Shown here one piece after another: positions 19,401-26,293 of a DNA stretch of 52,924 bases. Source of the DNA: a virus (Duplodnaviria; Caudoviricetes); the IMG/VR virus record IMGVR_UViG_3300011335_000109, positions 1-52,924 of that record; one strand, given 5' to 3'. The stretch's first letter is position 1, and every line of letters begins with the position of its first letter. A program made the translations under genes and the position numbers. Below the pieces are notes generated by a model. The model had not been told where the DNA came from. It did no database searches and was given only the letters and a program-made list of their open reading frames with translations.

Positions 19401-20271
19401 TGGTGTAACCATTTCAAATGGTAATGGTTCAATTACAATTTCTGCAACTGGCTCTGGCGGTACGGTTACTAGCGTTGGGTTTACTGGTGGTATTATTTCT
19501 GTTGCAGATGCAACAACGACCCCTGCATTTACAGTTGCTGGTACTAGTGGCGGTATTCCTTATTTCTCAAGCGCTTCTACATGGACTTCTAGTGGAGCTT
19601 TGCCAGTATATGGTGTGGTGTATGGTGGTGGTGCAGGTGGCGCTCCATCAGCTACTGCTGCTGGAACAACAGGACAAACTCTAATTGCCACTACTGCCAG
19701 TGCTCCATCTTGGGGAACATTAGGAGTTAATGGCGGCGGTACTGGATTGACTTCCTACACTGCTAATGGCATTGTATATGCTTCATCAACTAGCGCTCTT
19801 GCTACTTCCAGTGGATTAATATTTGATGGTACAAATCTGGGTTTAGGAACAGCTTTAAGCACTTGGGGTGGATTAGCTGGATTTGTAGCATTTGAAATTG
19901 GCAAAAAAGGTAATGCTATTTATGCTGGTACAGCAGCTACATACTTATCCGCAAATGCATATTACAATTCTGGTTGGTTATATGGAGCTTCGACAACTAG
20001 AGCATCCACCTATAATCAGGATGCTGGTGAACATGTTTGGCAATCAGCCGGTATTGGAACAGCGGGTGGATCGATTTCTTTTACAACGGTAATGCAGCTA
20101 AATACCAATGGAGCAATAGGATTTAATTCGGGAGGATCTCCATCTTATGGATCAGTTGGACAAATTCTTACTTCACAAGGAAGTGGTTCTCCCCCAACTT
20201 GGTCTGCTGCACCAGCAACTGGCCCAACTCAAGCAAAAGCTACAATGATATCTTTAATTTTTGGAATGTAA
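16477..20271 (+). CDS. Long tail fibre protein
   Basis: TTG start with AAGGAG RBS; GHKHDG N-terminal anchor; ITGLxxP...DAxTKxYVD x4; many GGT(G/N) repeats; Ala/Ser run. Confidence 0.88.
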   Translation: MAGYVRQSSADIVPTAIVRAAPINNEYNALRDAFAQASGHKHDGTASEGAYVPLISDSNTYNKVVVDSTNSRLSFFVNVSNAAAEQVRIANNVFNPVTTDVFSLGTSGLKFRDLFLSGTGTIPTLVTSSATITGGTINNTVIGGTTPLTITGTTITANTGFVGGLTGAVTGNVTGNVTGNLTGNVTGDVTGNVTASSGTSTFNNVTINGVLDMNSTTGGANTITGLTTPSNASDAATKNYVDTSISNLIASAPGTLDTLNELAAALGNDASFSTTITNSIATKLALAGGTMSGAIAMGSNKITGLGTPTAGTDATTKTYVDNADALKLNLSGGTMSGSIAMNTNVITGLGNPSNPQDATTKTYVDGILGSATAAATSASAAATSASNAATSASNASTSASNASASATAAAASYDSFDDRYLGPKASNPTLDNDGNALLTGALYFNTTSSEMRAYSGSAWLAAYLPSSSYLATSGGTMTGAIAMGANKITGVADPTAAQDAATKAYVDNVSAGLNFHASVTYATTAALPTVTYANGSSGVGATLTATAVGALSIDGFTPAQFARVLIKNQANAAHNGVYTVEVVGNGSTAFQLKRATDFDTSGSGPNQINAGDFFLVVGGTTNANTSWVQQTPTPITVGTTSIVFIQFAASSATTPGGSNTYVQYNNGGVFGGAASFTYDGSKVVVPNLLNSGLTASKPVFTDASKNLVSTGTLGTDQGGTGLTTFTSGGALYATSTSALTTGTLPSASGGTGLTSFTSGGALYATSTSALTTGTLPIASGGTNSTATPTLGGVGYGTGVAHAYTAAGTLGQTIISNAGAAPTWGVLGVAGGGTGQSANLTQYGLVYANTTTSMLSTSAGTSTQVLHGNAAGAPTWGAVSLTADVSGLLPIANGGTNSTATATAGGVSYGTGTAFGFTAAGTSGQALLSNASSAPTWGTLGVAAGGTNQTSYTDGQLLIGNSVGNTLTKATLTAGSGVTISNGNGSITISATGSGGTVTSVGFTGGIISVADATTTPAFTVAGTSGGIPYFSSASTWTSSGALPVYGVVYGGGAGGAPSATAAGTTGQTLIATTASAPSWGTLGVNGGGTGLTSYTANGIVYASSTSALATSSGLIFDGTNLGLGTALSTWGGLAGFVAFEIGKKGNAIYAGTAATYLSANAYYNSGWLYGASTTRASTYNQDAGEHVWQSAGIGTAGGSISFTTVMQLNTNGAIGFNSGGSPSYGSVGQILTSQGSGSPPTWSAAPATGPTQAKATMISLIFGM

Positions 20272-20280
20272 GGAACAACA

Positions 20281-20676
20281 ATGGCAAACCCAAATCTTCT
20301 TGCAGCAACAACAGCAACTGGTACTACTACCTATCTTACACCGTCTGTAACAACAGCGGTTGTGTTGCTACCTAATGCGGCATCATCTGGACAAGTCTTT
20401 AAGATTAACCAGATTGTTGCGGCTAATGTCAACGGCACAACTGCGGTTGATACCACAGTGAGTATTTATACTAATGGTGGTGTAGCTCAAGGCTCAGGCC
20501 CATCAGGTGGTACTGCGTATCCAATTGCTTCTACCATTTCAGTCCCGGCAGATTCTTCATTAATCGTAGTGGATAAATCTACGCAAATTTATTTGCAAGA
20601 AGGTACTTCAATTATTGTAACTTCTGGTACTGCAAGCGGCATCACTTACAGCGTTAGTTACGAAGTTATTAGCTAA
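20281..20676 (+). CDS. Small tail-fibre-associated beta-rich adaptor
   Basis: MANPNL N-terminus, VPADSSLIVVDK...YLQEG; directly after the fibre. Confidence 0.75.
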   Translation: MANPNLLAATTATGTTTYLTPSVTTAVVLLPNAASSGQVFKINQIVAANVNGTTAVDTTVSIYTNGGVAQGSGPSGGTAYPIASTISVPADSSLIVVDKSTQIYLQEGTSIIVTSGTASGITYSVSYEVIS

Positions 20677-20689
20677 GGGTTAACAAGAT

Positions 20690-21793
20690 ATGTCCTTGCG
20701 TTATAAAGGGTCGGTAATTTCGGCTACTGCACCAACTGTTGCGGCAGGAGTCGCTTCGGGCATTTGGACATTATCTCAACAAATGCAATATCGCGCTTCT
20801 GGAGTTTGGTCCCAACCAAACACCCCTGTTATAGCGGTTGGACATGACACAACCCCATTTATTTCTGTTTATCGATTTTACGGTGTATTTGGAACTAAAT
20901 ATAACAACCCTGCTACGCTACCAGCCGCAGCAGGAACCGGAATATCCTTTAATCCTAATGTAACTGCTATAGCTATTACACACGGCACAACTCCATTTGT
21001 TTCAACTTATCCTTGGTCTAATAGTGGTTTTGGAACTAAGTATGCAAATCCTGCAACATTACCAGCAAGCACTGGCAATAGTGTAGCATTTAATCCTGCC
21101 GGAACTGCAATAGCAGTAGCACACAGCGGCACTCCATACATTTCAACTTATCCTTGGTCTGCTGGCTTTGGCACTAAGTATGCAAATCCTGCAACATTGC
21201 CTACAGGAAGCGGTCAGGGTGTAGCATTTAATTTTACAGGGACCGAAATAGCAGTTGGTCATACCACAACCCCATTTATTGCTGCTTACCCGTGGTCGGC
21301 TGGTTTTGGAACTAAATATGCTGACCCCGCTACTTTACCTGCCGGAAACGGATATGGAATAACATTTAATCCTGATAATACAGCTATAGCTATTGCACAC
21401 ACTACCACTCCATACATTTCAACTTATCCTTGGTCTGCTGGTTTTGGCACTAAATATGCAAATCCTGCTACGTTGCCAGCTGGTAATAGTTCTGCTGTAG
21501 CGTTTAATCCTACTGGAACTGATATTGTTGTTGGACACGTTGGCTCTCCATACATTTCAATTTATCCTTGGTCTGCTGGTTTTGGTACTAAATATGCAAA
21601 TCCTGATACACTATTAGCAGGAAGCGGTCTAGGAGTAGCATTTAATCCTGCTGGAAGCGTTATAGCAGCTTCACACAGCGTTCCTCCCTACATTTCTGCT
21701 TATCCTTGGTCTAGTAGTGGGTTTGGAACTAAGTATGCAAATCCTGCTACTTTACCTACCGGAATTGGAAGAGCAGTAGCATTTGGAAATTAA
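20690..21793 (+). CDS. Predicted 7-bladed beta-propeller, putative receptor-binding protein, copy 1
   Basis: Seven ~46-aa repeats YPWSxGFGTKYANPATLP...VAFNP; N-terminal MSLRY...SGIWTL segment. Confidence 0.8.
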   Translation: MSLRYKGSVISATAPTVAAGVASGIWTLSQQMQYRASGVWSQPNTPVIAVGHDTTPFISVYRFYGVFGTKYNNPATLPAAAGTGISFNPNVTAIAITHGTTPFVSTYPWSNSGFGTKYANPATLPASTGNSVAFNPAGTAIAVAHSGTPYISTYPWSAGFGTKYANPATLPTGSGQGVAFNFTGTEIAVGHTTTPFIAAYPWSAGFGTKYADPATLPAGNGYGITFNPDNTAIAIAHTTTPYISTYPWSAGFGTKYANPATLPAGNSSAVAFNPTGTDIVVGHVGSPYISIYPWSAGFGTKYANPDTLLAGSGLGVAFNPAGSVIAASHSVPPYISAYPWSSSGFGTKYANPATLPTGIGRAVAFGN

Positions 21794-21808
21794 CTTAAAA
21801 GGGCTTTT

Positions 21809-22177
21809 ATGATTACGACTCAAGAACATCTTAATAATTTGATTGTTGCGGCATTTCATCGTGAGATGGAAGTTTATCAATACCAAATTAACGTAGACAA
21901 TTACGCTGTTATGCTTGCAGCTTTGCCACAAGGCGATTGGCCCACTAATTTGCTTACTTACAAAAACTCAACTACTGAGGCGTTGCCAGAAAGTCTTGAC
22001 GGAGCTATGGTTGCATCAATTGCTGATTATCAATATCGGGATAAAATTCGCAATCTACTTCGCTCTGAAAAAGTAGAGCAAGGCAAAGCTAGCCGTGTCC
22101 GTGATGCTTTGAAAGCACAAATCGGTGCAGACTACGATGCTTTGATTGCCGCATATAAATCAAGCCAACAAGTATAA
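21809..22177 (+). CDS. Helical partner/chaperone protein, copy 1
   Basis: 122 aa; 101/120 identical by hand alignment to 23315-23677. Confidence 0.8.
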   Translation: MITTQEHLNNLIVAAFHREMEVYQYQINVDNYAVMLAALPQGDWPTNLLTYKNSTTEALPESLDGAMVASIADYQYRDKIRNLLRSEKVEQGKASRVRDALKAQIGADYDALIAAYKSSQQV

Positions 22178-22180
22178 AAA

Positions 22181-23299
22181 ATGTCTAGACGCTATCCCGG
22201 TGGGTTAATAACCAAAAACCCCGTAGTGCCAACAGAGTACACAGCCCCCGGTATGTGGACTCTTGATCAAGCACAGGCTTATAAAAAAGCCGGTACATGG
22301 CCTCGACAAAATTCTAATGCAATAGCTGTTTCGCATGGTAATAATAGTCCATTTATTACAACCTATCCTTGGTCTAGTAGTGGGTTTGGAACTAAGTATG
22401 CAAATCCTACAACACCGCCAACGGGAGGAACTACATACGGTGTAGGATTTAATCCTGATAATACAGCTATAGCTGTTACAAACAATGCAACTCCATATAT
22501 TTTAACCTATCCTTGGTCTAGTAGTGGGTTTGGGACAAAATACGCAAATCCTGCAACGCTACCAGCTGGCGGAACTGGTGTAACATTTAATCCTGCCGGA
22601 ACTACAATAGCAATCTCCCATTCCGGTACTCCATACATTTCAGTTTATCCGTGGTCTGCTGGTTTTGGAACTAAATATGCTGATCCCGCTACTTTACCTA
22701 CCGGACTTGGCAATGGTGTAGCATTTAATCCTGCCGGAACTGTTATTGCGGTTGCACACAATACCACACCACTTATTTCAGTTTATCCGTGGTCTTCTGG
22801 TTTTGGTACTAAATATTCTGATCCTGCTACATTACCAACCAATGATGGGTATTCAGTAGCATTTAATCCTGCTGGAACTGCTATAGCAGTAAGTAACGCA
22901 ACCTCGACACCCTATATCTCTACTTATCCTTGGTCTGGTAGTGGATTTGGAACTAAATATACTGATCCCACTACGCTACCAACCGGGGATGGAAAAGGAG
23001 TAACGTTTAATCCTTTTGGAACTGCTATTGCAGTTGCACATGCCACCACTCCATTTATTTCTGTTTACCCGTGGTCTGCTGGCTTTGGAACTAAGTATAC
23101 AAACCCTGCTACGTTACCAACAGGCAATGGCTATGGTGTAGCGTTTAGTGCCTCTGGAACCGATATAGCTGTTGCACACTTTACTTCCCCATTTATTTCT
23201 GCTTACCCGTGGTCAATTAGCAGCGGATTTGGAACTAAATACGCAAATCCTGCTACACTACCGGGTGGTAATGCTTATAATGTGGCGTTCACTAACTAA
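22181..23299 (+). CDS. Predicted 7-bladed beta-propeller, putative receptor-binding protein, copy 2
   Basis: Seven FGTKY repeats; N-terminal MSRRY...PGMWTL segment. Confidence 0.8.
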   Translation: MSRRYPGGLITKNPVVPTEYTAPGMWTLDQAQAYKKAGTWPRQNSNAIAVSHGNNSPFITTYPWSSSGFGTKYANPTTPPTGGTTYGVGFNPDNTAIAVTNNATPYILTYPWSSSGFGTKYANPATLPAGGTGVTFNPAGTTIAISHSGTPYISVYPWSAGFGTKYADPATLPTGLGNGVAFNPAGTVIAVAHNTTPLISVYPWSSGFGTKYSDPATLPTNDGYSVAFNPAGTAIAVSNATSTPYISTYPWSGSGFGTKYTDPTTLPTGDGKGVTFNPFGTAIAVAHATTPFISVYPWSAGFGTKYTNPATLPTGNGYGVAFSASGTDIAVAHFTSPFISAYPWSISSGFGTKYANPATLPGGNAYNVAFTN

Positions 23300-23314
23300 C
23301 TTAAAGGAACTTTT

Positions 23315-23677
23315 ATGATTACGACTCAAGAACATTTTAACAACCTAATTGTTGCTGCTTTCCACCGCGAGTTGGAGATTTACCAATATCAAATTAACAT
23401 TGATAATTACGGTGTTATGCTTGCAGCTTTGCCACAAGGAGATTGGCCTAGTGAGCTTCTTACTTACAAAAACTCAACTACTGAAGCACTACCAGAAAAT
23501 CTTGATGATGTTGCTGTTGGTTTGGTGGCTGACTATCAATACCGGGATAAGATTCGCAACCTTTTGCGTTCTGAAAAAGTAGAACAAAATAAAGCCACCC
23601 GCGTCCGTGACGCATTGAAAGCTCAGATTGGTGCTGACTATGACTCTTTGCTTGCTGCATACAAAGCAAGTCAATAA
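23315..23677 (+). CDS. Helical partner/chaperone protein, copy 2
   Basis: Paralogue of 21809-22177 with a similar upstream junction (TAACTTAAA...CTTTTATGATTACGACTCAAGAACAT). Confidence 0.8.
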   Translation: MITTQEHFNNLIVAAFHRELEIYQYQINIDNYGVMLAALPQGDWPSELLTYKNSTTEALPENLDDVAVGLVADYQYRDKIRNLLRSEKVEQNKATRVRDALKAQIGADYDSLLAAYKASQ

Positions 23678-23702
23678 TAAAACAACAACTTAATAAGACA
23701 TA

Positions 23703-23858
23703 ATGGAAATAGCAGAACTCTTTCTTAAAGCGTGGCCTGTTCTATTAGGTCTTATTACCCTTATTGTTGTGTTATCTAAACTCGATTTGCGTGTAGCGGT
23801 TTTAGAAGAAAAGGTAAAAGCTGCTTTTGAAATTATCAATAAAACTAAAGATAAGTGA
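23703..23858 (+). CDS. 51-aa single-TM plus coiled-coil membrane protein (not in track)
   Basis: MEIAELFLKAWPVLLGLITLIVVLSKLDLRVAVLEEKVKAAFEIINKTKDK; TGATG coupling to next gene. Confidence 0.7.
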   Translation: MEIAELFLKAWPVLLGLITLIVVLSKLDLRVAVLEEKVKAAFEIINKTKDK

Positions 23859-24028
23859 TGGCAACAAAACCTGCTAATAATTACACAAAGCCAACTTTGC
23901 GTAAGAAAATTGTAGCTGAAGTTAAATCCGCTGCAACTATGGGCACTGGTGCTGGTGAATGGTCTGCTAGAAAAGCACAGCTTGTAGCTAAGAAATACAA
24001 AGCTGCTGGGGGCCGTTATCGTGACTAA
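23858..24028 (+). CDS. 56-aa basic protein, DUF5872-like N-terminal part (not in track)
   Basis: MATKPANNYTKPTLRKKIVAEVKSAATMGTGAGEWSARKAQLVAKKYKAAGGRYRD. Confidence 0.75.
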   Translation: MATKPANNYTKPTLRKKIVAEVKSAATMGTGAGEWSARKAQLVAKKYKAAGGRYRD

Positions 24029-24449
24029 AGTGTGCCTAAACTGCAAAACAGAAAAACAGTTAGCCGATTTTTATCAGTTTTTTAATAAGTGGTCGGATAA
24101 ATACTACAGTAGCGCAAGATGCAAACCTTGCCATCAAGAATACAAACAAGAAAGCCCTACTACTGCGCGTAACAACAAAACAGCAAAATTAAAACTTAGG
24201 TATGGTTTGACGTACGAACAATGGGAAAAAATGCGTGAAACAGAAAATTATGCCTGTATGATTTGCGGTATTACAGAATCAGAGATAAATAAAAAACTTG
24301 ATGTTGACCACTGTCACTCAAGCGGTAAAGTTAGAGGTGTGTTGTGTAATCCGTGCAACAATGTTCTTGGTGTAGCAAAAGACCGAGTTGAAATTTTAAA
24401 GGCCGCAATAAACTATCTTGAAACTAATGCTAACGGGTATCAAGAATGA
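24021..24449 (+). CDS. Endonuclease VII-family (homing-type) endonuclease
   Basis: N-terminal CxxC...CxxC; YGLT...CMICG...LDVDHCHSSGKVRGVLCNPCN. Confidence 0.88.
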   Translation: MTKVCLNCKTEKQLADFYQFFNKWSDKYYSSARCKPCHQEYKQESPTTARNNKTAKLKLRYGLTYEQWEKMRETENYACMICGITESEINKKLDVDHCHSSGKVRGVLCNPCNNVLGVAKDRVEILKAAINYLETNANGYQE

Positions 24450-24685
24450 AACTGACTAAAGCTCAAAAGTCTTTGAAAGACTGGACAGAACAAAAATGGA
24501 CAACAAAGTCTGGAAAGAAGTCTTCAGAAACTGGCGAGCGTTACCTCCCTAAAGCAGCTATTACTTCTTTAAGTGATAAGGAATATGCTGCCACTACTAG
24601 AGCAAAAAGAGAAGGCAAAAAAGAAGGTAAACAATTTGTAGCTCAACCAAAAGCTATTGCTAAAAAAACTAGGAGGTTTAGATAA
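24446..24685 (+). CDS. Basic protein, DUF5872-like C-terminal part
   Basis: QKSLKDWTEQKWTTKSG...ERYLPKAA...KQFV. Confidence 0.75.
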   Translation: MKLTKAQKSLKDWTEQKWTTKSGKKSSETGERYLPKAAITSLSDKEYAATTRAKREGKKEGKQFVAQPKAIAKKTRRFR

Positions 24686-25086
24686 TGTTAGTTAAGAAGC
24701 CCATGAAGGATGGAACAGGAAAAGACATTGGTACGCTTATTGGTATCTTGTTTCTTAGCCGTGAAGTAGCGCATAGAGAACATCTTGCTACTAAGAGTTT
24801 TGCTGCTCATATGGCATTGGGTGGTTTCTATGAAGCCATTGTAGAGAAAGCTGATTCCATTACTGAAGCATATCAGGGAAGAAATCAAGTATTGATTAAA
24901 ATTCCTTTTGTTCCATATACGCATGGGGATGTAGACATTATTTCTTGCCTTAAAGAGTTTTTGGCAGAAATTGAAGATATTCGTTATACGGCTGTTTCTA
25001 AAGATGACAGCCCTATTCAGAATTTGATTGACGAAGCTATTGCTTGTTTCCTCAAAACTATTTACAAGCTTACGTTTCTTAAATAA
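24685..25086 (+). CDS. Ferritin/Dps-like helical protein (DUF5856-like)
   Basis: AHREHL...SFAAHMALGGFYE...D...EAYQG and IQNLIDE...TIYKL pattern. Confidence 0.7.
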   Translation: MLVKKPMKDGTGKDIGTLIGILFLSREVAHREHLATKSFAAHMALGGFYEAIVEKADSITEAYQGRNQVLIKIPFVPYTHGDVDIISCLKEFLAEIEDIRYTAVSKDDSPIQNLIDEAIACFLKTIYKLTFLK

Positions 25087-25107
25087 GAAAACTAATAGGT
25101 AATTTTT

Positions 25108-25593
25108 ATGTTTGAACTTCTTAGCGGTGGTTTGTTAGGTAGTCTTTTTGGTGGACTGTTTCGTCTAGCTCCAGAAGTGCTGAAGTTTTTTGATAAGAAA
25201 AACGAACGCACACATGAGCTTTCTATGTTCACTCTTCAAACTGATTTGGAGAAAATGCGTGGTGAGTTTAAGATGGAAGAGAAATATGTTGATTATTCCT
25301 CTAATCAGCTAGACGCAATTAAAGAAGCCTTTAAAGAACAATCAGCCACTGCTAAGGAAGCTGGATGGTTTGTTTCTTCTGTCTCTGCTCTAGTAAGACC
25401 GGGAATTACATGGGCTTTGTTCTTTATGTATGCTGCTGTAAAGGCTGCTGCTATTTACATGGCCTTTACTGTCAATGCTGATTGGGCAGAAGTAATGACT
25501 AGTTCTTGGGGAACCGATGACTTTGCTATGTTGAATATGTGCCTTACTTTTTGGTTTGTTGGTCGGTCTATTGAGAAGTACAAAGATAAATGA
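25108..25593 (+). CDS. Holin-like membrane protein
   Basis: Hydrophobic N-terminus, VRPGITW, FWFVGRS; adjacent to endolysin. Confidence 0.7.
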   Translation: MFELLSGGLLGSLFGGLFRLAPEVLKFFDKKNERTHELSMFTLQTDLEKMRGEFKMEEKYVDYSSNQLDAIKEAFKEQSATAKEAGWFVSSVSALVRPGITWALFFMYAAVKAAAIYMAFTVNADWAEVMTSSWGTDDFAMLNMCLTFWFVGRSIEKYKDK

Positions 25594-26060
25594 CAACAGA
25601 GGCAATTACCATTGCTGCTAATGTTTTAGTAAAACCTTTTGAGGGTTATGCTAAAAGACTTGCTAACGGTGATTGCAAAGCTTATCCAGATCCCGGTACT
25701 AAAGGACATCCTTATACAATTGGGTGGGGATGTACAGGATCTGATATAACACCGGACACTGTGTGGACAGAAAAAAAAGCACAAGAAGAACTTGATAAAC
25801 ATCTCCTTTATTTTGCATTACAAGTAGCTAAACTGTCTCCTTCTTTGTTAAAAACAAAACCACGCAGATATGCAGCAATAATTAGTTTTGCTTATAATTG
25901 TGGGGTTGGTAATTACAGAGTTTCTACATTAAAGAAGAGAGTTGATAGCGGTGATTGGGAAGGAGCACAAGTAGAAATAATGAAATGGAACAAAGCTGCT
26001 GGTAGGGTGTTAGCTGGACTAACTAAGAGAAGACAAGCTGAAGCTTCTCTACTTTATTGA
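25590..26060 (+). CDS. Endolysin, GH24 lysozyme
   Basis: FEG...YPDP...TIGWG catalytic region, SFAYNCG, WNKAAGRVLAGLTKRR. Confidence 0.93.
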   Translation: MTTEAITIAANVLVKPFEGYAKRLANGDCKAYPDPGTKGHPYTIGWGCTGSDITPDTVWTEKKAQEELDKHLLYFALQVAKLSPSLLKTKPRRYAAIISFAYNCGVGNYRVSTLKKRVDSGDWEGAQVEIMKWNKAAGRVLAGLTKRRQAEASLLY

Positions 26061-26275
26061 TGGATAAGGACATGAGCGAAATTGACCCCTTTTCTTATGG
26101 ACAATTGACAGCCAAAGTGGAAAGCTTGGAAAAGAAAGTGGATAAGCTTGAGCAAGGTGTTACTCAGCTATTAGAACTCGCTAACAAAAGCAAAGGTGGC
26201 TTTTGGGTGGGAATGGTAATTGCTTCCTTTATTGGAGGCATCATTACTTTTGCCATTGATAAGCTGTTTAAATAA
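26060..26275 (+). CDS. Small coiled-coil protein with C-terminal TM helix (lysis accessory-like)
   Basis: YGQLTAKVESLEKKVDKL then GGFWVGMVIASFIGGIITF; start may be 26057, 26060 or 26072. Confidence 0.7.
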   Translation: MDKDMSEIDPFSYGQLTAKVESLEKKVDKLEQGVTQLLELANKSKGGFWVGMVIASFIGGIITFAIDKLFK

Positions 26276-26293
26276 GATAAAGGCTTTAAGCTA

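Noticed and set aside
20880-23270. Regularly spaced DNA repeats (GGTTTTGGAACTAAATATGC-like, ~138-bp period) resembling a CRISPR array
   Set aside because: They are in-frame protein repeats with synonymous variation; the intervening segments are homologous to each other and no cas genes are present
20690-23299. Possible diversity-generating retroelement acting on the propeller genes
   Set aside because: No reverse transcriptase or non-coding template repeat in the window, and differences are not visibly adenine-specific
24021-24449. Group I intron around the endonuclease VII gene
   Set aside because: The nuclease overlaps both neighbours, leaving no non-coding room, and I saw no intron core elements
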